A DNA stretch of 64,000 nt from Minisyncoccia bacterium (lineage in GTDB: Bacteria; Patescibacteriota; Minisyncoccia; Phycocordibacterales; UBA9973): contig CBFHKH010000001.1 of assembly GCA_965656375.1 (NCBI GenBank), positions 514,845 through 578,844 of the forward strand, given 5' to 3'. Both the position numbers and the translations under genes were made by a program. Within the stretch, counting starts at the first letter, position 1. The number at the start of each line of letters is the position of its first letter. Below, piece after piece: positions 32,101 through 40,500 of this stretch. The notes below the pieces were generated by a model. That model was not told where the DNA came from, searched no databases, and saw nothing but the letters and a program-made list of their open reading frames with translations.

Positions 32101-32986
32101 CACCAACTCCCGTAGCAGCACCAGGATATGGACTGATTAGAGTGGGGTGATTGTGTGTTTCTGCTGTAGCAGTGTGGTTCATAGGGATCTGTACTAGTCG
32201 GTATACACCATCTGACCCAGGTAAGAACATTTCAACCATGCTCCCTTTAAGGATACCTCCGTTGTCTTTAAATGCTTTCACGCTCCCATGCGGATTCTTT
32301 TTTAAAGTTTGTTTTACCATATGAAAAAGAGTTTCTTTCATTTCTTCTCCACCGATGATAAATCTCCCTCCAAATTCCCAGTGTCGGCAATGACTGCTGT
32401 TACCCTGGGCAACCTGCATCAGTTCTACAATTGTAGGATTACGTTTATAGTCAGATACAAACAAATTATAATAATAATTCATATCAAACTCGTCCATACC
32501 CATACCGTATTGTTTATTTACCTCTTTAAACATGTCTATCCCTCCATGTATGAGATCAACGTCGAACGTTTTCTCTACATGAAATAAAGGAATCAATGTT
32601 TTTGGTAGGGCCGTGTACACAGACTCGGTCATACGATCATACGGCGGGCTCTCACCATCAGTGCAGGAGTACGCAGTAAATTGTTCGATCCTGAGGATAT
32701 TTTTCAATCCAAAAGATATACAAATTTTACGTAACTTTTCTGATTCTGGCGTTTCGAATCGCAGATTCGGTCCAACAAAAAAATTGTAAGTCCCACCCAC
32801 AGTAGATGTTCGTTCAGTTAGTACAGATGGATTGAGCATCACTGCATGTTCACTTGTCACAGTTGGATTTAATATCCACTTGAGACGCAAGATGTCAGTT
32901 GAATTCAAATTACCATTTGATTCAACCACAAAAATACATGGCTGATTGTCTCCTCCATTAAAGAAGAATGTGTTTTGAGTCTTCAT
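29195..32986 (-). CDS. purL: Large-type FGAM synthase
   Basis: HCRH, ETHNHPT, GAATGVGG, HDQGAGG, GGKDS; glutaminase PGTN, GGFSYGD, GVCNGFQ, AHGEG, NPNGS, MMPHIER. Confidence 0.93.
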   Translation of the reverse strand: MKTQNTFFFNGGDNQPCIFVVESNGNLNSTDILRLKWILNPTVTSEHAVMLNPSVLTERTSTVGGTYNFFVGPNLRFETPESEKLRKICISFGLKNILRIEQFTAYSCTDGESPPYDRMTESVYTALPKTLIPLFHVEKTFDVDLIHGGIDMFKEVNKQYGMGMDEFDMNYYYNLFVSDYKRNPTIVELMQVAQGNSSHCRHWEFGGRFIIGGEEMKETLFHMVKQTLKKNPHGSVKAFKDNGGILKGSMVEMFLPGSDGVYRLVQIPMNHTATAETHNHPTLISPYPGAATGVGGRLRDIAAIGCGSLIGFGGVYFQTGKLRIHGAPLWSYPKNMATPTEVLVGSIKGASGYGNPFGEPTLLFGNDSLGVILPGGQRFESIKPIIYTCAVGSIRALAKDKMDAIPGMMIVRIGGATRRIGVGGGAASSMNTGDNKSDLDFASVQRGEPLMGRSAYNVIEYCVYMGDKNPIEAVHDQGAGGASNVITELTNPSGGSIDLAKMQIGDSSLSQTEIWIAEAQELYGILIKNENLELFKDICKKFECPIEILGETNDSAKIVVSDSRDRSTPVSLTLPEILGSLPQKTYTDTLIEFTFQPFVISDLCIDEHFKKVAQIPGVALLGYMTDHFDGSVGGRVVQGPRSGEYQLPICPYAIMSDGFTGTTGVVSTIARSNPVAMLIDEKATARMTVAHMLATLSFVEIPGGIEMMKGRLNVMWPFKQPGMKARLYSAYSAITDALADVGFGIDGGKDSSSLSVNFDGNAVMSFPTFILEPYVHLDNFRSRITPELKGGEGSTDLILIELEENRGRMGGSALCEAHGETGNEVPDANPKKAKALFELVQRLVKDNMILAGSPKIKGGLLPTIAKMSIASQVEAHVQNPTETEYASFYFNEEIGVIVQCRRTQNEEIIQMAQDTGLKASIIGSVKSSSKYFTFYGKDTKYSPFASDVREWFRETGKQIKKQLGMPHKLLSRELHFRQNCKLTFNPDEDQKIPTDKKFKVAVLAAPGTNGHHELAFMFGRMEQQFSVSVIQMNELIKGAYDLKDFNVIAFAGGFSYGDVGGSGKGWAASILFNEKLKKMFDDFYARPDTLSFGVCNGFQVATLLGVLDESLGQKPRLLHNDSGIFEHRPVNLLIPENTTSIMFSGMEGSILPAWSAHGEGKLFLPDYDSEWIESLGLVAVQYADSNGRKTDDYPFNPNGSPNAIAGLCTENGRHTFMMPHIERVSASNDHLPYKPKDWNFTTPVWAKAFVNMYLWLYQDVESQ

Positions 32987-33105
32987 TTTATTTAGTTTTA
33001 AAGGTGATTAGAAAATTAGAAATAGGATATTTCTCCAACTAAAACACATTTATGGGTAAAAAGCAATTCACCATTATTTACAATAAATTCTGATATACTA
33101 CGTAG

Positions 33106-33843
33106 ATGGACGACATAGAAAAACTAAAGAAAGAAAACGAGGAACTCAAGAAGATGAATGCGGTAAAGTCTGATCTGATCTCCATCTCGGCACACCAGCT
33201 CCGAACGTCACTCTCTGCGCTCAAATGGATACTCAAGATGTTCATTGATAAAGACTTAGGTACTCTTACGAGCGAACAAGAAAGTTTTATACAAAAAGCA
33301 TTCAACAGCAACGAGCGCATGATCGCACTTGTAAATGATCTCCTTACTCTTAATCACGCCGATGATACGACTATCGCCTACAAGCTTAAAAATGTTGATA
33401 TGCTCGGCCTCGTCGAGCAGACAGTCTTTGAATTCTCCGGTGAGACAAGTAAGAAAGGAATCACTTTGATATTCCTTCGTCCTGAATCTCCGATTCCAAT
33501 GATCAAATGTGATGAAGAAATGATCCGTGTGGTTCTCCAGAACCTGATCGAGAATGCGATAAAATACAGCAATGATAAAGACAAGGTGATCATCTCAATA
33601 AAGGAATCAAATGGCGAGCTCCTGTTATCTGTTCACGACACTGGTATCGGCATTGAAGAGAAAGATAAGGATGAGATATTCAAGAAATTCTTCCGTGCAG
33701 GAAATGCAATCGAGAAAGACAGCATTGGGTCTGGGCTCGGGCTATTCACTACCAAAAATATTGTCGAACGACATAATGGCAAGATTTGGTTTGAAGCAAT
33801 CGGTGGCGGAACAACATTTTTCGTTACATTGCCTATCGCGTAA
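33106..33843 (+). CDS. Sensor-less histidine kinase
   Basis: SAHQLRTSL H-box, NLIENAIKY, DTGIGI, FFRA, GSGLGL. Confidence 0.92.
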   Translation: MDDIEKLKKENEELKKMNAVKSDLISISAHQLRTSLSALKWILKMFIDKDLGTLTSEQESFIQKAFNSNERMIALVNDLLTLNHADDTTIAYKLKNVDMLGLVEQTVFEFSGETSKKGITLIFLRPESPIPMIKCDEEMIRVVLQNLIENAIKYSNDKDKVIISIKESNGELLLSVHDTGIGIEEKDKDEIFKKFFRAGNAIEKDSIGSGLGLFTTKNIVERHNGKIWFEAIGGGTTFFVTLPIA

Positions 33844-33864
33844 ACCCTATGATATAATCAGCCC

Positions 33865-34230
33865 ATGAGAAAAGTACTTATAATAGAAGATGACAGTTTC
33901 CTGCAAGGCCTTGAAGCGAGCAAGCTTAAAAAAGAGAACTACGAAGTCATCGTAGCTTCGACGGGTGAAGAAGGAATAGCAAAGATAACCGAAGCGGGGA
34001 TTGATTTGATCCTCCTTGATATCATACTTCCAAAATTCGATGGCTTCGAAATTCTTAAAAAGATTCGTGAAACAGAAGCAACTAAAAATATCCCTGTTAT
34101 CGTATTCTCAAACCTCTCTGAAGAGAAAGACATTAAAAAGGCAGAAGCTCTGGGAGCGACTGACTTTATGGTTAAATCAAACTTTACTCTCGATGAATTA
34201 GTAGAGCACATCAATAAGATTCTAAAATAA
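33865..34230 (+). CDS. Single-domain response regulator
   Basis: IIEDD, LLDIILP, FSNL, FMVK. Confidence 0.92.
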   Translation: MRKVLIIEDDSFLQGLEASKLKKENYEVIVASTGEEGIAKITEAGIDLILLDIILPKFDGFEILKKIRETEATKNIPVIVFSNLSEEKDIKKAEALGATDFMVKSNFTLDELVEHINKILK

Positions 34231-34260
34231 AACCCTGCTTTGCAGGGTTTTATTTTAGAA
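34220..34260. terminator. Intrinsic terminator
   Basis: ttctaaaataaaaccctgc-ttt-gcagggttttattttagaa. Confidence 0.7.
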
Positions 34261-34284
34261 TTACCTCTATGGTATACTTTCTTT

Positions 34285-34458
34285 ATGAAAGTTGAGAACA
34301 AAAGAAAAGCGATTATCTTACTCCTTACTCTAATCGCCATCGGCGGCATTGTCATGTATGGCGGAGAGCAACCTCCACGCAGACAGACAGAGACAAGCAC
34401 TATTCCTAAAATTAAGGGTCCAACAACTCCTCCACCTGGCTATGAAGCTCCACGATAA
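34285..34458 (+). CDS. Small membrane-anchored protein
   Basis: One TM and a Pro-rich tail; TGgTATACT 6 nt before the ATG; overlaps the recG start. Confidence 0.55.
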   Translation: MKVENKRKAIILLLTLIAIGGIVMYGGEQPPRRQTETSTIPKIKGPTTPPPGYEAPR

Positions 34459-36622
34459 GCTCGAGTCACATTTTCGCATTGATGCGAATCAAAAGAAAGC
34501 GCTCACGCGTTTGGGTATCATATCAGTACGTGATCTCCTCTACTACTTTCCACTACGCTATACTGACATATCCGATGTACGTTCTATTGATGCGCTTATC
34601 GTTGGAGAAACGGCAACAATACTCGGAACTATTTCAAAATTGAAAACAAAAAAAGGATTCAAGAGCAAGATCCCTATGGGGTCTGCTACTCTTACTGACC
34701 TTTCAGGAAGTATAAATATTATTTGGTTCCATCAGCCATATCTTGCAAAGATGCTTACCGAGGGAAGCACAGTCCGAGTGACAGGTAAGGTAACAGAACA
34801 TAGTACATATGGATTGACTCTCACTAATCCAGAAATAAGCAAAGAAGATGTTCTCCCGATCGATATCCATGACTCGCTCTTCCAAAAAGAAAGTAAGGAA
34901 CAATTTGGCTATCCAATCTATTCCGAATCAAAAGGTATCACTTCCAAGTGGATCTATCATACGATACAGAAAATATTAAAAAGTGACGCAGTAAAAAATA
35001 TAGTGGAGTATATACCTGGAGATATTCTTACTGCGTACAATTTACCAGCACTCCATACCGCACTCGTATGGATTCATATGCCAAAGATGAAAGAGCATGC
35101 AGATATCGCTCGTAAGCGCTTCGCATTCGAAGAAGTGTTTTTCATACAACTTGCACGGGGACAGGAACGCAAAGCATATGAAGCACTCTTTTCCTATAAA
35201 CTCGCAGTAAAAGATGCTGATATACGAGATTTCATTTCGCGATTTCCCTTTACCCCTACCACAGCACAAGATGACGCGATTAAAACAGTTCTCGATGATT
35301 TGAAGCGCGACAAACCTATGTCACGCCTTATCGAAGGCGATGTAGGAAGTGGGAAAACATTCATCGCCGCTACTGTCGCCTATGCAGTGATCAAGAATCG
35401 TCCCGCTGGTCAGAGCTTCGGGAATCTTCAGGTTGCATACATGGCTCCAACAGAAGTTCTTGCGACACAATTGTATGAGAATTTCATACAATATTTCGAA
35501 CATACTGGTATCTCTATTGCACTCATTACCGGATCAGGCTGCCGCAAATATCCAAGCAAAAGCGCCCACTGGGAAAATGGTCAACAAGTAAAAACCTGGA
35601 CGCCTATATCTCGCGCTCAATTACTCAAATGGGTAAAAAATGGCGAGATACCGATTGTCATCGGTACCCACGCGCTCATTGCAAAGAGTGTAGAGTTTGA
35701 AGACCTGGGCCTCGTTATCATTGATGAGCAGCATCGCTTTGGTACCAATCAACGAATGAAACTTGCAAAGAAAGAAGGTCATGCTCCACACTATCTCTCT
35801 ATGACTGCGACTCCTATCCCTCGTACACTTGCCCTTACGATCTATGGAGACCTTGATCTCTCTATCATCGATCAGATGCCTGCTGGACGAAAGGAAGTCA
35901 TTACAAAGATAGTTTCATCTGATAAACGGCAAGACGCATATGATGCAATCAAAAAAGAACTTGAGGCAGGGCGCCAAGCATACGTAATTTGCCCACGCAT
36001 TGATGAGCCAGATCCTGACCGCGCACAAGCAGTTATCGCGAAATCTGTGCTCGCAGAAGCAAAGCGCCTCGAACGCGAGGTATTCCCCGAGTATCGTATT
36101 GGCGTAATGCATTCGAAAATGACCAAACAAAAGAAAGAAGAAATTATGCAGGAATTCAAAGATCACGAGATAGACATTTTGGTTTCAACATCTGTTATCG
36201 AAGTTGGAGTGAATGTTCCCAATGCTACATCCATCATTATCGAAGGAGCTGAGCGCTTCGGCTTGGCACAGCTTCACCAGCTTCGCGGGCGCGTTATACG
36301 CTCTAACCATCAAGCATACTGTTACTTATTTGCAGAAGCAAAGAGTGGTAAGACAGTAGAGCGATTGAAGGCACTGACGAAAGCAGCAAATGGCTTTGAA
36401 CTTGCCGAACTTGACCTTGCACTACGTGGTGCAGGACTTCTCTCGGGTGACAAACAATGGGGCATCACCGACCTCGGCATGGAAGCAATCAAGAATATAA
36501 AAATGGTAGAAGCAGCCCGTACTGAAGCGACAAAGTTGATTGAAAAAGACCAGAATCTCTCAAGCTTCCCTCTCCTTCTAAAAGCATTGTCTGAAAAAGA
36601 TCTAGACCTACATTTCGAATAA
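34442..36622 (+). CDS. recG: ATP-dependent DNA helicase RecG
   Basis: EGDVGSGKT, MAPTEVLA, IDEQHRFG, MTATPIPRTL, QLHQLRGRV; wedge domain at the N-terminus. Start set at MKLHD. Confidence 0.96.
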   Translation: MKLHDKLESHFRIDANQKKALTRLGIISVRDLLYYFPLRYTDISDVRSIDALIVGETATILGTISKLKTKKGFKSKIPMGSATLTDLSGSINIIWFHQPYLAKMLTEGSTVRVTGKVTEHSTYGLTLTNPEISKEDVLPIDIHDSLFQKESKEQFGYPIYSESKGITSKWIYHTIQKILKSDAVKNIVEYIPGDILTAYNLPALHTALVWIHMPKMKEHADIARKRFAFEEVFFIQLARGQERKAYEALFSYKLAVKDADIRDFISRFPFTPTTAQDDAIKTVLDDLKRDKPMSRLIEGDVGSGKTFIAATVAYAVIKNRPAGQSFGNLQVAYMAPTEVLATQLYENFIQYFEHTGISIALITGSGCRKYPSKSAHWENGQQVKTWTPISRAQLLKWVKNGEIPIVIGTHALIAKSVEFEDLGLVIIDEQHRFGTNQRMKLAKKEGHAPHYLSMTATPIPRTLALTIYGDLDLSIIDQMPAGRKEVITKIVSSDKRQDAYDAIKKELEAGRQAYVICPRIDEPDPDRAQAVIAKSVLAEAKRLEREVFPEYRIGVMHSKMTKQKKEEIMQEFKDHEIDILVSTSVIEVGVNVPNATSIIIEGAERFGLAQLHQLRGRVIRSNHQAYCYLFAEAKSGKTVERLKALTKAANGFELAELDLALRGAGLLSGDKQWGITDLGMEAIKNIKMVEAARTEATKLIEKDQNLSSFPLLLKALSEKDLDLHFE

Positions 36623-36647
36623 GCCTTATTTTACAAGGTATTTTACC

Positions 36648-36676
36648 TTGACAAGAACGTGTATTTATGATAAAAT
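36648..36676 (+). promoter_or_regulatory. Sigma70-type promoter
   Basis: TTGACA-17 nt-TAAAAT with extended TG, about 70 nt before the 36747 ATG. Confidence 0.7.
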
Positions 36677-36746
36677 ATACTTAAGGTTATTAGCTAGACC
36701 TGATAATTAGCTAATTCAAAAAATTCTTCATTTAAAATTTAAGAAA

Positions 36747-37427
36747 ATGTCACAGTTCAGCTACAAACAAAGCCCAAGCGGCTCTCTTCTGGTAAGAGTT
36801 AAAGCGTTTACAACATTCACTGTTGAAGTAACTTATAAAGGTTACTGGTTACCTACCCCGGAGGAACTTGAAGGGAAACTACGTCCTGAAAAGGATTTCT
36901 CTTCTTCCAAAGGTAAAACAATTGAACGTGTAAACATACACATGTACAACAGGGTACGAGCATTGGTAAGGTATCTTACCGAAGACCTAAGTTTAACGAT
37001 CAATTCTGCAAGTATCAATGCGGAAAAGATCAAAACGAACGCCGGCAATGCTCTGTACAGAGCCTGGTTTGGAAGTGATAAAGAAGAAGCATGTTACTTC
37101 TATTTATCACAATTTCCTAAACGAAAAGTATACAGGTATCGTACATCTACCAATGAAATTAATTTCAGTTCCCTGATGACCCGCGCACAGTGGGTAGAAT
37201 TAAGGGAAATGATTTTAAAAGCTAAGGAAGAGTATAAAGTGATCCCGGTAACAGACAAAGACGAAAAAACTGCCGTTATGAATGCATTCTTCTACTCCCT
37301 TGCTTTGAAGAAAGTCAAAGAAGCGAGCGTGTTGGATTACAAAAAGAATTCAGCAAGAAAAAACGAAGATGTCGCTAAACCAACAGTTAAAAAATCTGCT
37401 CCAAAAAAGGCAGTAGCAAAAAAGTAA
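36747..37427 (+). CDS. Hypothetical basic protein with a histone-H1-like tail
   Basis: Own promoter and terminator; ends KPTVKKSAPKKAVAKK. Confidence 0.7.
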   Translation: MSQFSYKQSPSGSLLVRVKAFTTFTVEVTYKGYWLPTPEELEGKLRPEKDFSSSKGKTIERVNIHMYNRVRALVRYLTEDLSLTINSASINAEKIKTNAGNALYRAWFGSDKEEACYFYLSQFPKRKVYRYRTSTNEINFSSLMTRAQWVELREMILKAKEEYKVIPVTDKDEKTAVMNAFFYSLALKKVKEASVLDYKKNSARKNEDVAKPTVKKSAPKKAVAKK

Positions 37428-37446
37428 GTTTGGTACTAAAAATTAC

Positions 37447-37483
37447 AAAGTTCCCTGCGCGTTATAAACGAGCAGGGAACTTT
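37447..37483. terminator. Bidirectional terminator
   Basis: aaagttccctgc / gcagggaacttt between convergent genes. Confidence 0.7.
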
Positions 37484-37502
37484 TTCGTATAAATAGTCTT
37501 TC

Positions 37503-40500
37503 TTACTTATTATCTTTTTCTTTTATACCACGTATTTGTTTTGCAAACTCTGCTTCCATAACTACAATTGAGTCCAACAAGAATGCTTTTATGTCTTTAT
37601 CTTTATTCTCAGGAATTTCTGTATATTCACGATATTTTTCATCTATATACGCCTTTTCAGGATCTCCTGTCTTAAGCGTAAAGTAACCCTTAAAATTAAA
37701 GTATCTTTCTACTCCCTTTCGATACGATTTCATTAATCGTGGGTCACTCATTACTCGATCGACAAGTTCTTTTGTAAGAGCAGTGTTTTCTCTGAGTTCT
37801 TCAAGTGTGACTTTTGTTTGCTTTTTCTTTACCTCATCGTGTGCATGCAATAAGGCAGACATGAATTCCTTCATTGACTGATATCTATCCTTTGGTTCAG
37901 GACTCATGCCTTTTTTGATTACTTCCTTGATTGGAGATGGGACTGTACCCGGGAACCTCATTTTTCCTGATAAATGAATTTTTTTGTATTCTTCCATTCG
38001 TTCAGATGCTTTCATATCCTTAGTTTCCTTTTCAATATCGTGAGGCCACTTATTTGTGATAAACCTATACAAGTTAGCTGAAGCTGCATAGACATCAACT
38101 GTTTTATCGAAACTTTTCTTTGCCTCAAATAATTCTGGGGCCATAGTAAATCTATTTCCACGAGCATAATCTCGCATTGATGTTTTTTGTGAACCTTGAA
38201 CAATAGCTGCACCATCAAGATCTGTTATTTTCAAATTATTTCTACTTAAGATTATATTACTTGGAGAAATATCTACATTAATTACACCCGCATCGTTGAG
38301 TGAATCAACTGCTTGAGATGTTTTCATAGTTGTCGCGATTGAATCATCAAGAGACAATCTTCTATTATTTAAATATGTTTGAAGATCCATATCTCCTGCT
38401 TCATATACTCTGTATGTTTTACCGTTTACTTCAAAAGTATCCATTGGTAATAATACATTTCGATTCTTATATCCCTTCTTTTTCAAGAAAGATTCAGGCG
38501 TATTATCTCCCCAGTAATGAGATTCCTTTAGTCCATTGAAATAATCTGTGTCTATCTCTTTTATAACTAAAAGTTTGTCTTGTCCTGGCTTATAACCCAA
38601 AGAAACCTTTCCTGTTTCAGTATTAGATAGTACAAAGTCTTTTGAGATTATATATGCACCTACACTTTCTTTATTTTCTGAATTTATAACTTCATTTACG
38701 TTTTTAACCCTTGGCTTTGTATCATAACCTACTATTACTTCATCAGAAAAATTATTTAACTGTTGCGGCAAATTGGAAGCAGGTTGTTGCCGTATCTTTC
38801 TAAGTTCTTCGATTGCTTCAGGTTTTCCTGAGCGTGCATCACGCATTAATTTCCCTTCAACTTGATATCGCTTGAGTCCATCTAGAAGAGGTCTCATCTT
38901 CGTTATGACCATATCGCCTTTACTATCGAGTTTATATTTAATTCCAAGCCAGCCTATTGCTTTGCGATAATAAGGACTATCCTTTCCAATTTTTTCACCT
39001 GCTTCCCAACTATCTAGAGTTCGATTTATGATGTATTCGAATGTTTTTTTCAATTTTTCCTGAGTTTCCAGATCATCATAGTCTATGGCATCACCGTCTT
39101 CCATTGTTAGCTTTCGAATTTCATCGTCAAACGCACTGAATCCTTTGTCCCACTGCTCAACAGGGGCAAGGCCTGATTTAAACGCATCAATAGCTCGACG
39201 AGACGAGGTAAAGAGTCGTGTAGTAGTTCCAGCAAAACCAAGTGCTTTTTTATTATCACCTCTTGCACTTATTATTGCTTGTCCAATAGAGATATCCTCT
39301 CCACCCTGGAGGTTGTCTATATAGCCACCAATACCCGCAAACATACTTGATCTGTAGGCAGAGTTAGCTCCACTTGAAACCATACTGTTCGTTCTATGAC
39401 GACCGATAACACTGAGATACTGGAAGAGTCTCGTTCCTATATGGACGCCTGGGTACTTCTGGTATGACTCTGGATCCCAATCAAGCTGACCAAGGAGTGC
39501 ATCAACTTCTGGATTCTCTTCAAACTTATCGATAAATGTTTGGATATATCTTGGATCAATACCTTTATTGTCAGCGTCATTACTTACCATTATCAAGTCT
39601 GGTGCGTCTTTACCTCTTTCGTGCTGGCGTACGAGTGTTGCATCTGAAAGTATCTTTCTGATTCTTCCGATTTTTGCTTCATCATTTGGCAATGCTTCAT
39701 ACATGACTCTGACATTCATGTCAGGATAGTCAGTTTTAAACTTTTCGATCGCAGCCATCGTCTCATCTGCATTCAACGGATTGCCATCCTTATCATTCTC
39801 GGGATGATTCACATAGAGAACAATTTCAAAATCTTCTGGCTTAGCAGTTTGGTAGGTATAATTCTTTAACGATTCGTAGATATTATTTCCCTCTTGGTGA
39901 CCTGCGACAGGGATACAGATAGAAATCTTGCAGTCCTTGCCCATCTTTTCTGTTGATTGCGCGAGTTTCTCTATTCTCTCTCTGTATTCTTTATCTTGCT
40001 TTTCTAGATAAAGAGCAATTTCTTCAAAGTGATCCAATTTTGCGTTTGGATTTTCTTTCAAAGTCTTTGATCTCAACTTTTCGAATAATGCTAATTTCTC
40101 TGCAGGAGTAGCACCACCAGCGTAATTTAAATAGTATTCTATTTTGTTATTAACCGGAACGATCTCTGCAGCCTTAGGCTTTTTGTATCCGAGCGGTTCA
40201 AGTGGAGTACGAGGAACAAGGGGTATAAAGTATGGCGGTTCAGTATCAATTGGGATCTCGAGAGTGTTTATCGGGATCTCTTTTGGACCAGGGACAGTAA
40301 TCGGACCGTGGTCAGGACCTTCGTACGTAGCAAGTTCTCTGACATGCAGACGTCCATCTGCATCTGTACCGAATGTCTCAGAGACTTCGGCAAAGCGTCC
40401 TTGGAATACGGCATGACCTTTATCATCTACACTAAAGAATAATTTTCCTACCTCACTATTTGGATCGATAATAGCGTTACCGTTCGCATCTATATCAACT

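Noticed and set aside
35530-35640. RecG insertion (CRKYPSK...WTPISRAQLLKW) as a third palindromic element
   Set aside because: No inverted repeat and no match to the ligA/truB core; it looks like an ordinary lineage-specific protein loop.
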